Assembly: GCF_009914755.1 (NCBI RefSeq)
Contig: NC_060933.1
DNA: 64,000 nt
DNA from: the human T2T-CHM13v2.0 reference genome, Homo sapiens
Direction: 5' to 3' (one strand)
Translations under genes and position numbers: made by a program
Notes under the pieces: model-generated
What the model was told of the DNA's origin: nothing
The model's database searches: none
What the model saw: the letters and a program-made list of their open reading frames with translations, nothing else
In this document: one piece after another, positions 15,801 to 30,800 of the stretch
Layout of the letters: each line of letters opens with the position of its first letter
How positions within the stretch are numbered: position 1 is the stretch's first letter

Positions 15801-18800
15801 ATTCCATTCCATTCCATTCCATTCCGGATGATTCCATTCCATTGCATTCCGTTCCATTACATTCCCCTGCACTCGTGTTGATTCCATTCCATTCCACTCC
15901 ATTCCATTGAATTCCATTCCATTACAATTCGTTCCATTCCATTCTATTCCGTACCATTCTATTCCATTTCATACCATTCCATTCCATTCCATTCCATTCC
16001 ATTCCATTCAGTTCCATTCCGTTCCATTCCATTCCATTCCATTCTATTCGGGTTAATTCCATTCCATTCCATTCCATTCCATTCCATTCTATTCCATTCC
16101 ATTGCAATCGAGTTGAATCCATTGCATTTCATTCCATTCCATTCCATTCCATTCCATTCCGGAAGATTCCATTCCATTGCATTCCATTCCATTCCATTCC
16201 CCTGCACTCGTGTTGATTCCATTCCATTCCATTGCATTCCATTCCATTCCATTCCATTCCATTCCGTTGCATTCCATTCCATTACATTCGGATTGATTCT
16301 ATTCAACTCCCTTAGTCTCCATTCCACTCCATTCCATTCGGGTTGTTCCATTCCATTCCATTCCATTCCACTCCATTCCATTGCACTCGGGTTGATTCCA
16401 TTCCATTCCATTCCGTTCCATTCCATTCCATTACATTCGGATTGATTCTATTCAATTCCCTTACACTCCATTACATTCCATTCCATTCGGGTAGTTTCCA
16501 TTCCATTCCATTCCGTTCCTCTCCATTCCTTTGCACTCGGGTTGATTCCATTCCATTCCATTCCATTCCATTCCATTCCATTCTATTCTATTCCATTGCA
16601 ATCGAGTTGAATCCATTGCATTCCATTCCATTCCATTCCATTCCATTCCTTTCCATTCCGGAAGATTCCATTCCATTGCATTCCATTCCATTCCATTCCG
16701 TTCCATTCCATTCCATTCCATTCCATTCCATTGTACCCGGGTTGATCCCATTCCATTGCATTCCATTCCATTCCATTCAATTCCATTCCGTTCCATTCCA
16801 TTCCATTACATTCGGATTGATTCTTTTCAACTCCCTTACTCTCCATTACATTCCATTCCATTCGGGTTGTTCCATTCCATTCCGTTCCATTCCACTCCAT
16901 TCCATTGCACTCGGGTTGATTCCATTCCATTCCATTCCATTCCATTCCGGATGATTCCTTTCCATTGCATTCCGTTCCATTACATTCCCCTGCACTCGGG
17001 TTGATTCCATTACATTCCATTCCATTCCATTCCATTCCATTCCATTCTCCTGCACTCGCGTTGATTCCATTCCATTCCATTCCATTCCAATCCATTCCAT
17101 TCCATTCCTTTCCATTCCAGTCCTTTCCATTCCATTCCACTAGGGTTGATTCCATTCTATTAGTTTCCATTCCATTCCATTCCCTTCCATTCCACTCTGG
17201 TTGATTCCATTCCTTTCCATTCCACTCGAATACATTCCCTCCTATTCCACTCGGAACGATTCCATTCCATTCCATTCCATTCCATTCCATTCCATTCCAT
17301 TCCATTCCATTTCGTTCCATTCCATCCTATTCCGTATCATTCCATTCCATTCCATTCCATTCCATTCCATTCCATTCCATTCCATTCCATTCCACTCGTG
17401 TTGATTCCATTCCTTTCCATTCCATTCGGTTTGAAGGCATTCCATTCCATTCCATTCCATTCCATTCCATTCCATTCCATTGTACTCGGGTTGATTCCAT
17501 TCCATTGCATTCCATTCCATTCCATTCCATTCCATTCCGTTGCATTCCATTCCATTACATTCTGATTGATTCTATTCAACTCCCTTACTCTCCATTACAT
17601 TCCATTCCATTCGGATTGTTCCATTCCATTCCATTCAATTCCACTCCATTCCATTGCACTCGGGTTGATTCCATTCCATTCCATTCCATTCCATTCCATT
17701 CTATTCCGGATGATTCCATTCCATTGCATTCCGTTCCATTACATTCCCCTGCACTCGCGCTGATTCCATTCCATTCCATTCCATTCTATTCAATTCCATT
17801 CCATTACAATTCGTTCCATTCCATTCTATTCCGTACCATTCCATTCCATTCCATACCATTCCACTCCATTCCATTCCGTTCCATTCCGTTCCATTCCATT
17901 CCGTTCCATTCCATTCCATTCTATTTGGGGTAATTCCATTCCATTCCATTCCATTCCATTCTATTCCATTCCATTGCAGTCGAGTTGAATCCATTGCATT
18001 TCATTCCATTCCATTCCATTCCATTCCGGAAGATTCCATTCCATTGCATTCCATTCCATTCCATTGCATTCCATTCCATTCCATTCCCCTGCACTCGCGT
18101 TGATTCCATTCCATTCCATTCCATTCCATTCCATTCCGTTCCGTTCCATTCCATTCCATTCCATTCCATTCCATTCCGTTCCGTTCCATTCCATTCCATT
18201 CCATTCTATTCGGGTTAATTCCATTCCATTCGATTCGATTGCAACCGTGTTGATTCCATTCCCTTCCATTCCATTCCATTCCATTCCATTCCTTTCCATT
18301 CCATTACGGATGATTCCATTCCATTGCATTCCATTCCATTCCATTCCCCTGTACTCGAGTTGATTCCATTCCATTGCATTCCAATCCATGCCCTTCCACT
18401 CGTGTTGATTCCATTCTTTCCATTCCATTCAAGTTGAATCCATTCCATTGCATTCCATTCCATTCGATTCCATTCGATTGCACTCGGGTTGATTCCATGC
18501 CATTGCATTCCATTCCATTCCATTCCATTCCATTCCATTCCATTCCATTCCGTTCCATTCCATTCCATTACATTCGGATTGATTCTATTCAATTCCCTTA
18601 CACTCCATTACATTCCATTCCATTCGGGTAGTTTCCATTCCATTCCATTCCATTCCTCTCCATTCCATTGCACTCGGGTTGATTCCATTCCATTGCATTC
18701 CATTCCATTCCATTCAATTCCATTCCGTTCCATTCCATTCCATTACATTCGGATTGACTCTATTCAACTCCCTTACTCTCCATTACATTCCATTCCATTC

Positions 18801-21800
18801 GGGTTGTTCCATTCCATTCCATTCCATTCCACTCCATTCCATTGCACTCGGGTTTATTCCATTCCATTCCATTCCATTCCATTCCATTCCATTCCATTCC
18901 GGAAGATTCCATTCCATTGCATTCCATTCCATTCCATTCCCCTGCACTCGCGTTGATTCCATTCCATTCCATTCCATTCCATTCCGTTCCATTCCATTCC
19001 ATTCCATTCCATTCCATTCCAATCCATTCCATTCCGTTCCGTTCCGTTCCATTCCATTCCATTCCATTCTATTCGGGTTAATTCCATTCCATTCCTTTCG
19101 ATTGCAATCGAGTTGATTCCATTTCATTCTATTCCATTCCATTCCATTCCTTTCCATTCCATTACGGATGATTCCATTCCATTGAATTCCATTCCATTCT
19201 ATTCCCCTGTACTCGGGTTGATTCCATTCCATTCCATTCCAATCCATGCCATTCCACTCGTGTTGATTCCATTCTTTCCATTCCATTCAAGTTGAATCCA
19301 TTCCATTGCATTCCATTCCATTCCATTCCCCTGCAGTCGGGTTGTTTCCATTCCATTCCATTCCATTCCATTCCATTCCATTCCATTCCATTCCGTTCCG
19401 TTCCATTCCATTCCATTCCATTCTATTCGGGTTAATTCCATTCCATTCCATTCCATTCCATTCCAATCGAGTTGATTCCATTCCATTCCATTCCATTCCA
19501 TTCCACTCCATTCCAGTCCTTTCCATTCCATTCCACTCGCGTTGATTCCAATGTATTCCTTTCCATTCCATTCCATTCCATTGCAATCGAGTTGATTCCA
19601 TTGCTTTGCATTCCATTCCATTCCATTCCATTCCGGGTGATTCCATTCCATTGCATTCCATTCCATTCCATTCCCCTGCACTCGGGTTGATTCCATTCCA
19701 TTCCACTCCATTCCGTTCCATTCCATTCCATTCCATTGTATTCGGGTTAATTCCATTCCATTCCATTCCATTCCGTTCCATTCCATTCCATTCCATTCCA
19801 TTACAATCGAGTTGATTCCATTCCATTCCATTCCATTCCAGTCCTTTCCATTCCATTCCACTCGGGTTGATTCCATTCTATTAGTTTCCATTCCATTCCA
19901 TTCCCCTCCATTCCACTCTGGTTGATACCATTCCTTTCCATTCCACTCGAATACATTCCCTCCTATTCCACTCGGAACGATTTCATTCCATTCCATTCCA
20001 TTCCATTCCATTCCATTCCATTCCATTCCATTCCATTTCGTTCCATTCCATTCTATTCCGTATCATTCCATTCCATTCCATTCCATTCCATTCCATTCCA
20101 TTCCATTCCATTCCATTCCATTGTACTCGGGTTGATTCAATTCCATTGCATTCCATTCCATTCCATTCCATTCCATTCCGTTGCATTCCATTCCATTACA
20201 TTCGGATTGATTCTATTCAACTCCCTTACTCTCCATTACATTCCACTCCATTCGTGTTGTTCCATTCCATTCCATTCCATTCCACTCCATTCCATTGCAC
20301 TCGGGGTGATTCCATTCCATTCCATTCCATTCCATTCCATTCCGGATGATTCCATTCCATTGCATTCCGTTCCATTACATTCCCCTGCACTCACGTTCAT
20401 TCCATTCCATTCCATTCAATTCCATTCCATTACAATTCGTTCCATTCCATTCTATTCCGTACCATTCCATTCCATTCCATACCGTTGCATTCCATTCCAT
20501 TCCATTCCATTCCGTTCCATTCCGTTCCATTCCATTCCATTCCATTCTATTCGGATTAATTCCATTCCATTCCATTCCATTCCATTCTATTCCATTCCAT
20601 TGCAATCGAGTTGAATCCATTGCATTTCATTCCATTCCATTCTATTCCATTCCATTGCGGAAGATTCCATTCCATTGCATTCCATTCCATTCCATTCCCC
20701 TGCACTCGCGTTGATACCATTCCATTCCATTCCATTCCATTCCATTCCATTCCGTTCCGTTCCGTTCCATTCCATTCCATTCCATTCCGTTCCGTTCCAT
20801 TCCATTCCATTCCATTCTATTCGGGTTAATTCCATTCCATTCCATTCGATTGCAATCGAGTTGATTCCATTCCATTCCATTCCATTCCATTCCATTCCAT
20901 TCCGTTCCATTCCATTCCATTACATTCGGATTGATTCTATTCAATTCCCTTACACTCCATTACATTCCATTCCATTCGGGTAGTTTCCATTCCATTCCAT
21001 TCCATTCCATTCCTCTCCATTCCATTGCACTCGGGTTGATTCCATTCCATTGCATTCCATTCCTTTCCATTCAATTCCATTCCGTTCCATTCCATTCCAT
21101 TACATTCGGATTGATTCTATTCAACTCCCTTACTCTCCATTACATTCCATTCCATTCGGGTTGTTCCATTCCATTCCATTCCATTCCATTCCATTCCCCT
21201 GCACTCGCGTTGATTCCATTCCATTCCATTCTATTCCATTCCATTCCCTTCCTTTCCGTTCCATTCCATTCCATTCCATTCCATTCCGTTCCGTTCCATT
21301 CCATTCCATTCCATTCCATTCGGGTTAATTCCATTCCATTCCATTCGATTGCAATCGAGTTGATTCCATTCCATTCCATTCCATTCCATTCCATTCCATT
21401 CCATTCCATTCCTTTCCATTCCATTACGGATGATTCCATTCCATTGCATTCCATTCCATTCCATTCCCCTGTACTCGGGTTGATTCCATTCCATTCCATT
21501 CCAATCCATGCCATTCCACTCGTGTTGATTCCATTCTTTCCATTCCATTCAAGTTGAATCCATTCCATTGCATTCCATTCCATTCGATTCCATTCGATTG
21601 TACTCGGGTTGATTCCATTCCATTGCATTCCATTCCATTCCATTCCATTCCATTCCATTCCATTCCGTTCCATTCCATTCCATTACATTCGGATTGATTC
21701 TATTCAATTCCCTTACACTCCATTACATTCCATTCCATTCGGGTAGTTTCCATTCCATTCCATTCCATTCCTCTCCATTCCATTGAACTCGGGTTGATTC

Positions 21801-24800
21801 CATTCCATTGTATTCCATTCCATTCCATTCAATTCCATTCCGTTCCATTCCATTCCATTACATTCGGATTGATTCTATTCAACTCCCTTACTCTCCATTA
21901 CATTCCATTCCATTCGGGTTGTTCCATTCCATTCCATTCCATTCCACTCCATTCCATTGCACTCGGGTTTATTCCATTCCATTCCATTCCATTCCATTCC
22001 ATTCCATTCCATTCCGGAAGATTCCATTCCATTGCATTCCATTCCATTCCATTTCCCTGCACTCGCGTTGATTCCATTCCATTCCATTCCATTCCATTCC
22101 AATCCATTCCATTCCGTTCCGTTCCGTTCCATTCCATTCCATTCCATTATATTCGGGTTAATTCCATTCCATTCCATTCGATTGCAATCGAGTTGATTCC
22201 ATTCCATTCCATTCCATTCCATTCCATTCCATTCCATTCCTTTCCATTCCATTACGGATTATTCCATTCCATTGCATTCCATTCCATTCCATTCCTCTGT
22301 ACTCGGGTTGATTCCATTCCATTCCATTCCAATCCATGCCATTCCACTCGTGTTGATTCCATTCTTTCCATTCCATTCAAGTTGAATCCATTCCATTGCA
22401 TTCCATTCCATTCCATTCCCCTGCAGTCGGGTTGTTTCCATTCCATTCCATTCCATTCCATTCCATTCGTTTCCGTTCCGTTCCATTCCATTCCATTCCA
22501 TTCTATTCGGGTTAATTCCATTCCATTCCATTCCATTCCATTCCATTCCAATCGAGTTGATTCCATTCCATTCCATTCCATTCCATTCCACTCCATTCCA
22601 GTCCTTTCCATTCTATTCCACTCGGGTTGATTCCAATGTATTCCTTTCCATTCCATTCCATTCCATTGCAATCGAGTTGATTCCATTGCGTTGCATTCCA
22701 TTCCATTCCATTCCATTCCGGATGATTCCATTCCATTGCATTCCATTCCATTCCATTCCCCTGCACTCGGGTTGATTCCATTCCATTCCACTCCATTCCG
22801 TTCCATTCCATTCCATTGCATTGTATTCGGGTTAATTCCATTCCATTCCATTCCATTCCATTCCATTCCATTCCATTAAAATCGAGTTGATTCCAATCCA
22901 TTCCAGTCCTTTCCATTCCATTCCTCTCGGGTTGATTCCATTCTATTAGTTTCCATTCCATTCCATTCCCTTCCATTCCACTCTGGTTGATTCCATTCCT
23001 TTCCATTCCACTCGAATACATTCCCTCCTATTCCACTCGGAACGATTCTATTCCATTCCATTCCATTCCATTCCATTCCATTCCATTTCGTTCCATTCCA
23101 TTCTATTCCGTATCATTCCATTCCATTCCATTCCATTCCATTCCATTCCATTCCATTGTACTTGGGTTGATTCCATTCCGTTGCATTCCATTCCATTCCA
23201 TTCCATTCCATTCCGTTGCATTCCATTCCATTACATTCGGATTGATTCTATTCAACTCCCTTACTCTCCATTACATTCCATTCCATTCGGGTTGTTCCAT
23301 TCCATTCCATTCCATTCCACTCCATTCCATTGCACTCGGGTTGATTCCATTCCATTCCATTCCATTCCATTCCATTCCGGATGATTCCATTCCATTGCAT
23401 TCCGTTCCATTACATTCCCCTGCACTCGCGTTGATTCCTTTCCATTCCATTCCATTCCATTCCATTCCATTCCATTCCATTACATTCGGATTGATTCTAT
23501 TCAACTCCCTTACTCTCCATTACATTCCATTCCATTCGGGTTGTTCCATTCCATTCCATTCCATTCCACTCCATTCCATTGCACTCGGATTGATTCCATT
23601 CCATTCCATTCCATTCCATTCCATTCCATTCCATTCCATTCCATTCCGGATGATTCCATTCCATTGCATTCCGTTCCATTACATTCCCCTGCACTCGCGT
23701 TGATTCCATTCCATTCCATTCCATTCCATTCAATTCCATTCCATTACAATTTGTTCCATTCCATTCTATTCCGTACCATTCCATTCCATTCCATACCATT
23801 CCATTCCATTCCATTCCATTCCATTCCTTTCCATTCCGTTCCATTCCATTCCATTCCATTCTATTCGGGTTAATTCCATTCCATTCCATTCCATTCCATT
23901 CCATTCTATTCCATTCCATTGCAATCGAGTTGAATCCATTGCATTTCATTCCATTCCATTCCATTCCATTCCATTCCATTCCATTCCATTCCGGAAGATT
24001 CCATTCCATTGCATTCCATTCCATTCCATTCCCCTGCACTCGCGTTGATTCCATTTCATTCCGTTCCATTCCATTCCATTCCATTCCATTCCGTTCCGTT
24101 CCGTTCCATTCCATTCCATTCCATTCCATTCCATTCCGTTCCGTTCCATTCGATTCCATTCCATTCTATTCGGGTTAATTCCATTCCATTCCATTCGATT
24201 GCAATCGAGTTGATTCCATTCCATTCCATTCCATTCCATTCCGTTCCATTCCATTCCTTTCCATTCCATTACGGATGATTCCATTCCATTGCATTCCATT
24301 CCATTCCATTCCCCTGTACTCGGGTTGTTTCCATTCCATTCCATTCCAATCCATGCCATTCCACTCGTGTTGATTCCATTATTTCCATTCCATTCAAGTT
24401 GAATCCATTCCATTGCATTCCATTCCATTCGATTCCATTCGATTGCACTCGGGTTGATTACATTCCATTGCATTCCATTCCATTCCATTCCATTCCAATC
24501 CATTCCATTCCTTCCATTCCATTTCATTACATTCAGATTGATTCTATTCAATTCCCTTACACTCCATTATATTCCAATCCATTCTGGTTGTTTCCATTCC
24601 ATTCCATTCCATTTCACTCCATTCCATTGCAATCGGGTTGATTCCATTCCATTCCATTCCATTGCATTCCATTCCATTCCATTCCGGATGATTCCATTCC
24701 ATTGCATTCCTTTCCATTCCATTCACCTGCACTCGGTTTGATTCCATTCCACTCCATTCCATTACATTCCGTTCCATTCCATTCCATTCCATTCGGATTG

Positions 24801-27800
24801 ATTCTATTCAATTCCCTTACACTCCATTACATTCCATTCCATTCGGGTAGTTTCCATTCCATTCCATTCCATTCCTCTCCATTCCATTGCACTCGGGTTG
24901 ATTCCACTCCATTCCATTCCATTACATTACATTACATTCCTTTCCATTGTACTCGGGTTGATTCCATTCCATTGCATTCCATTCCATTCCATTCCATTCC
25001 ATTCCATTCCATTCCATTCCATTCCATTCCGTTCCATTCCATTACATTCGGATTGATTCTATTCAACTCCCTAACTCTCCATTACATTCCATTCCATTCG
25101 GGTTGTTCCATTCCATTCCATTCCATTCCATTCCGTTCCATTCCATTCCATTACATTCGGATTGATTCTATTCAATTCCCTTACACTCCATTACATTCCA
25201 TTCCATTCGGGTTGCTCCATTCCATTCCATTCCATTCCACTCCATTCCATTGCGCTCGGGTTGATTCCATTCCATTCCATTCCATTCCATTCCATTCCAT
25301 TCCATTCCATTCCGGATGATTCCATTCCATTGCATTCCGTTCCATTACATTCCCCTGCACTCGGGTTGATTCCATTCCATTCCCTTCCATTCCATTCGAT
25401 TCCTTTCCATTCCAATTATTTCCATTCCATTCTATTCCGTACCATTCCATTCCATTCCATACAATTCCATTCCATTCCATTCCACTCCGTTCCGTTCCGT
25501 TCCTTTCCGTTCCATTCCATTCCATTCTATTCGGTTTAATTCCATTCCATTCCATTCCATTCCATTCTATTCCATTCCATTGCAATCGAGTTGAATCCAT
25601 TCCATTCCATTCCATTCCATTCCATTCCATTCCGGAAGATTCCATTCCATTGCATTCCATTCCATTCCATTCCATTCCATTCCATTCCATTCTATTCCAT
25701 TCCATTGTACTCGGGTTGATTCCATTCCATTGCATTCCATTCCATTCCATTCTATTCCATTCCATTCCATTCCGTTCCATTCCATTTCATTACATTCGGA
25801 TTGATTCTTTTCAACTCCCTTACTCTCCATTACATTCCATTCCATTCGGGTTGTTCCATTCCATTCCATTCCATTCCACTCCATTCCATTGCACTCGGGT
25901 TGATTCCATTCCATTCCATTCCGGATGATTCCATTCCATTGCATTCCGTTCCATTGCATTCCCCTGCACTCGGGTTGATTCCATTCCATTGCATTCCATT
26001 CCATTCGACTCCATTCCATTCCCCTGCACTCGCGTTGATTCCATTCCATTCCATTCCATTCCATTCCATTCCATTCCATTCCTTTCCATTCTAGTCTTTT
26101 CCATTCCATTCCACTCGGGTTGATTCCATTCTATTAGTTTCCATCCCATTCCTTTCCCTTCCATTCCACTCTGGTTGATTCCATTCCTTTCCATTCCACT
26201 CGAATACATTCCCTCCTATTCCACTCGGAACGATTCCATTCCATTCCATTCCATTCCATTCCATTCCATTCCATTTCGTTCCATTCCATTCTATTCCGTA
26301 TCATTCCATTCCATTCCATTCCATTCCATTCCATTCCATTCCATTCCATTCCATTCCATTTCGTTCCATTCCATTCTATTCCGTATCATTCCATTCCATT
26401 CCATTCCATTCCATTCCATTCCATTCCACTCGTGTTGATTGCATTCCTTTCCATTCCATTCGGTTTGAAGGCATTCCATTCCATTCCATTCCATTCCATT
26501 CCATTGCATTCCGGAAGCTTCCATTCCATTGCATTCCATTCCATTCCATTCCCCTGCACTCGCGTTGATTCCGTTCCATTCCATTCCATTCCATTCCATT
26601 CCATTCTATTCCATTCCATTCCATTCCATTCCGTTCCATTCCATTCCATTCCATTCCATTCCATTCCGTTCCGTTCCGTTCCATTCCATTCCATTCCATT
26701 CTATTCGGGTTAATTCCATTCCATTCCATTCGATTGCAATCGAGTTGATTCCATTCCATTCCATTCCATTCCATTCCATTCCATTCCATTCCTTTCCATT
26801 CCATTACGGATGATTCCATTCCATTGCATTCCATTCCATTCCATTCCCCTGTACTCGGGTTGATTCCATTCCATTCCATTCCAATCCATGCCATTCCACT
26901 CGTGTTGATTCCATTCTTTCCATTCCATTCAAGTTGAATCCATTCCATTGCATTCCATTCCATTCCATTTCCCTGCAGTCGGGTTGATTCCATTCCATTC
27001 CATTCCATTCCATTCCATTCCGTTCCATTCCATTCCATTCCATTCTATTCGGTTTAATTCCATTCCATTCCATTCCATTCCATTCCATTCCAATCGAGTT
27101 GATTCCATTCCATTCCATTCCATTCCATTCCTCTCCATTGCAGTCCTTTCCATTCCATTCCACTCGGGTTGATTCCAATGTATTCCTTTCCATTCCATTC
27201 CATTCCATTGCAATCGAGTTGATTCCATTGCTTTGCATTCCATTCCATTCCATTCCATTCCGGATGATTCCATTCCATTGCATTCCATTCCATTCCGTTC
27301 CCCTGCACTCGTGTTGATTCCATTCCATTCCACTCCATTCCGTTGCATTCCATTCCATTACTTTCGGATTGATTCTATTCAACTCCCTTACTCTCCATTA
27401 CATTCCATTCCATTCGGGTTGTTCCATTCCATTCCATTCCATTCCACTCCATTCCATTGCACTCGGGTTGATTCCATTCCATTCCATTCCATTCCACTGC
27501 ATTCCATTGCACTCAGGTTGATTCCATTCCATTCCATTCCATTCCATTCCATTCCATTCCATTCCATTCCGGATGATTCCATTCCATTGCATTCCGTTCC
27601 ATTACTTTCCCCTGCACTCGGGTTGATTCCATTCCATTCCATTCAATTCCATTCCATTACAATTCGTTCCATTCCATTCTATTCCTTACCATTCCATTCC
27701 ATTCCATAGCATTCCATTCCATTCCATTCTGTTCCATTCCGTTCCATTGCATTCCATTCCATTCTATTCGGGTTAATTCCATACAATTCCATTCCATTCC

Positions 27801-30800
27801 ATTCCATTATATTCCATTCCATTGCAATCGAGTTGAATCCATTGCATTTCATTCCATTCCATTCCATTCCATTCCATTCCGGAAGATTCCATTCCATTGC
27901 ATTCCATTCCATTCCATTCCCCTGCACTCGCGTTGATTCCATTCCATTCCATTCCATTCCGTTCCGTTCCTTTCCGTTCCGTTCCATTCCATTCCATTCC
28001 ATTCCGTTCCGTTCCGTTCCGTTCCATTCCATTCCATTCTATTCGGGTTAATTCCATTCCATTCCATTCGATTGCAATCGAGTTGATTCCATTCCATTCC
28101 ATTCCATTCCTTTCCATTCCATTCCATTCCTTTCCATTCCATTACGGATGATTCCATTCCACTGCATTACATTCCATTCCATTCCCCTGTACTCGGGTTG
28201 ATTCCATTCCATTCCATTCCATTCCATTCCATTCTATTCCATTCCATTCCATTCCATTCCGGAAGATTCCATTCCATTGCATTCCATTCCATTCCATTCC
28301 CCTGAACTCGCGTTGATTCCATTCCATTCCATTCCATTCCATTCCATTCCGTTCCGTTCCGTTCCATTCCATTCCATTCCATTCCATTCCATTCCATTGC
28401 TTTCCGTTCCATTCCATTCCATTCCATTCTATTCGGGTTAATTCCATTCCATTCCGTTCGATTGCAATCGAGTTGATTCCATTCCATTCTATTCCATTCC
28501 ATTCCATTCCATTCCATTCCTTTCCATTCCATTACGGATGATTCCATTCCATTGCATTCCATTCCATTCCATTCCCCTGTACTCGGGTTGATTCCATTCC
28601 ATTCCATTCCAATCCATGCCATTCCACTCGTGTTGATTCCATTCTTTCCATTACATTCAATTTGAATCCATTCCATTGCATTGCATTCCATTCCATTCCC
28701 CTGCAGTCGGGTTGATTCCATTCCATTCCATTCCATTCCATTCCATTCCATTCCGTTCCGTTCCATTCCATTCCATTCCATTCTATTCGGGTTAATTCCA
28801 TTCCATTCCATTCGATTGCAATCGAGTTGATTCCATTCCATTCCATTCCAATCCATGCCATTGCACTCGGGTTGATTCCATTCTTTCCATTCCATTCAAG
28901 TTGAATCCATTACATTGCATTCCATTCGATTCGATTCCATTCGATTGCACTCGGGTTGATTCCATGGCATTGCATTCCATTCCATTCCATTCCATTCCTT
29001 TCCATTCCATTCCATGCCATTCCATTCGGATTCATTCTATTCAATTCCCTTACACTCCATTACATTCCATTCCATTCGTGTAGTTTCCATTCCATTCCAT
29101 TCCATTCCTCTCCATTCCATTGCACTCGGGTTGATTCCATTCCATTCCATTCCATTCCATTCCGGATGATTCCATTCCATTGAATTCCATTGCATTCCAT
29201 TCCCCTGCACTTGGGTTGATTCCATTCCATTCCATTCCATTCCTTTCTTTTCCATTCCATTCCATTCCATTCCATTCTTTCGTGTTTATTCCATTCCATT
29301 CTATTCCATTCCATTCCATTGAAATCGAGTTGATTCCATTCCATTCCATTCCATTCCATTCCATTCCATTCCATTCCATTCCATTCCGGATGATTCCATT
29401 CCATTCCATTCCATTCCATTCCATTCCATTGTACTCGGGTTGATTCCATTCCATTGCATTCCATTCCATTCCATTACATTCCATTCCGTTGCATTCTATT
29501 CCATTACATTCGTATTGATTCTATTCAACTCCCTTACTCTCCATTACATTCCATTCCATTCGGGTTGTTCCATTCCATTCCATTCCATTCCACTCCATTC
29601 CATTGCACTCGGGTTGATTCCATTCCATTCCATTCCATTCCATTCCATTCCATTCCGGATGATTCCATTTCATTGCATTCAATTCCATTCCATTCCCCTG
29701 CACTCGCGTTGATTCCATTCCATTCCATTCCATTCCATTCCATTCCCTTCCTTTCCGTTCCATTCCATTCCATTCCATTCCATTCCATTCCATTCCGTTC
29801 CATTCCATTCCATTCCATTCTTTTCGGGTTAATTCCATTCCATTCCATTCGATTGCAATCGAGTTGATTCCATTCCATTCCATTCCATTCCATTCCATTC
29901 CATTCCATTCCTTTCCATTCCATTACGGATGATTCCATTCCATTGCATTCCATTCCATTCCATTCCCCTATACTCGGGTTGATTCCATTCCATTCCATTC
30001 CAATCCATGCCATTCCACTCGTGTTGATTCCATTCTTTCCATTCCATTCAAGTTGAATCCATTCCATTGCATTCCATTCCATTCGATTCCATTCGATTGC
30101 ACTCGGGTTGATTCCATTCCATTGCATTCCATTCCATTCCGTTCCATTCCATTCCATTCCGTTCCATTCCATTTCATTACATTCAGATTGATTCTATTCA
30201 ATTACCTTACACTCCATTATATTCCAATCCATTCTGGTTGTCTCCATTCCATTCCATTCCATTTCACTCCATTCCATTGCACTCGGGTTGATTCCATTCC
30301 ATTCCATTACATTCCATTCCGTTCCATTCCGGATGATTCCATTCCATTGCATTCCATTCCATTCCATTCCCCTGCACTCGGGTTGATTCCATTCCATTCC
30401 ATTCCATTACATTCCCTTCCATTCTATTCCATTCCATTCGGATTGATTCTATTCAATTCCCTTACACTCCATTACATTCCATTCCATTCGGGTAGTTTCC
30501 TTTCCATTCCATTCCATTCCTCTCCATTCCATTGCACTCGGGTTGATTGCATTCCATTCCTTTCCATTCCATTCCATTCCATTCCATTCCATTCCATTCC
30601 ATTCCATTACATTCCATTCCATTCCGTTCCATTGTACTCGGGTTGATTCCATTCCATTGCATTCCATTCCATTCCATTCCATTCCATTCCATTCCATTCC
30701 GTTCCATTCCATTACATTCGGATTGATTCTATTCAACTCCCTTACTCTCCATTACATTACATTCCATTCGGGTTGTTCCATTCCATTCCATTCCATTCCA

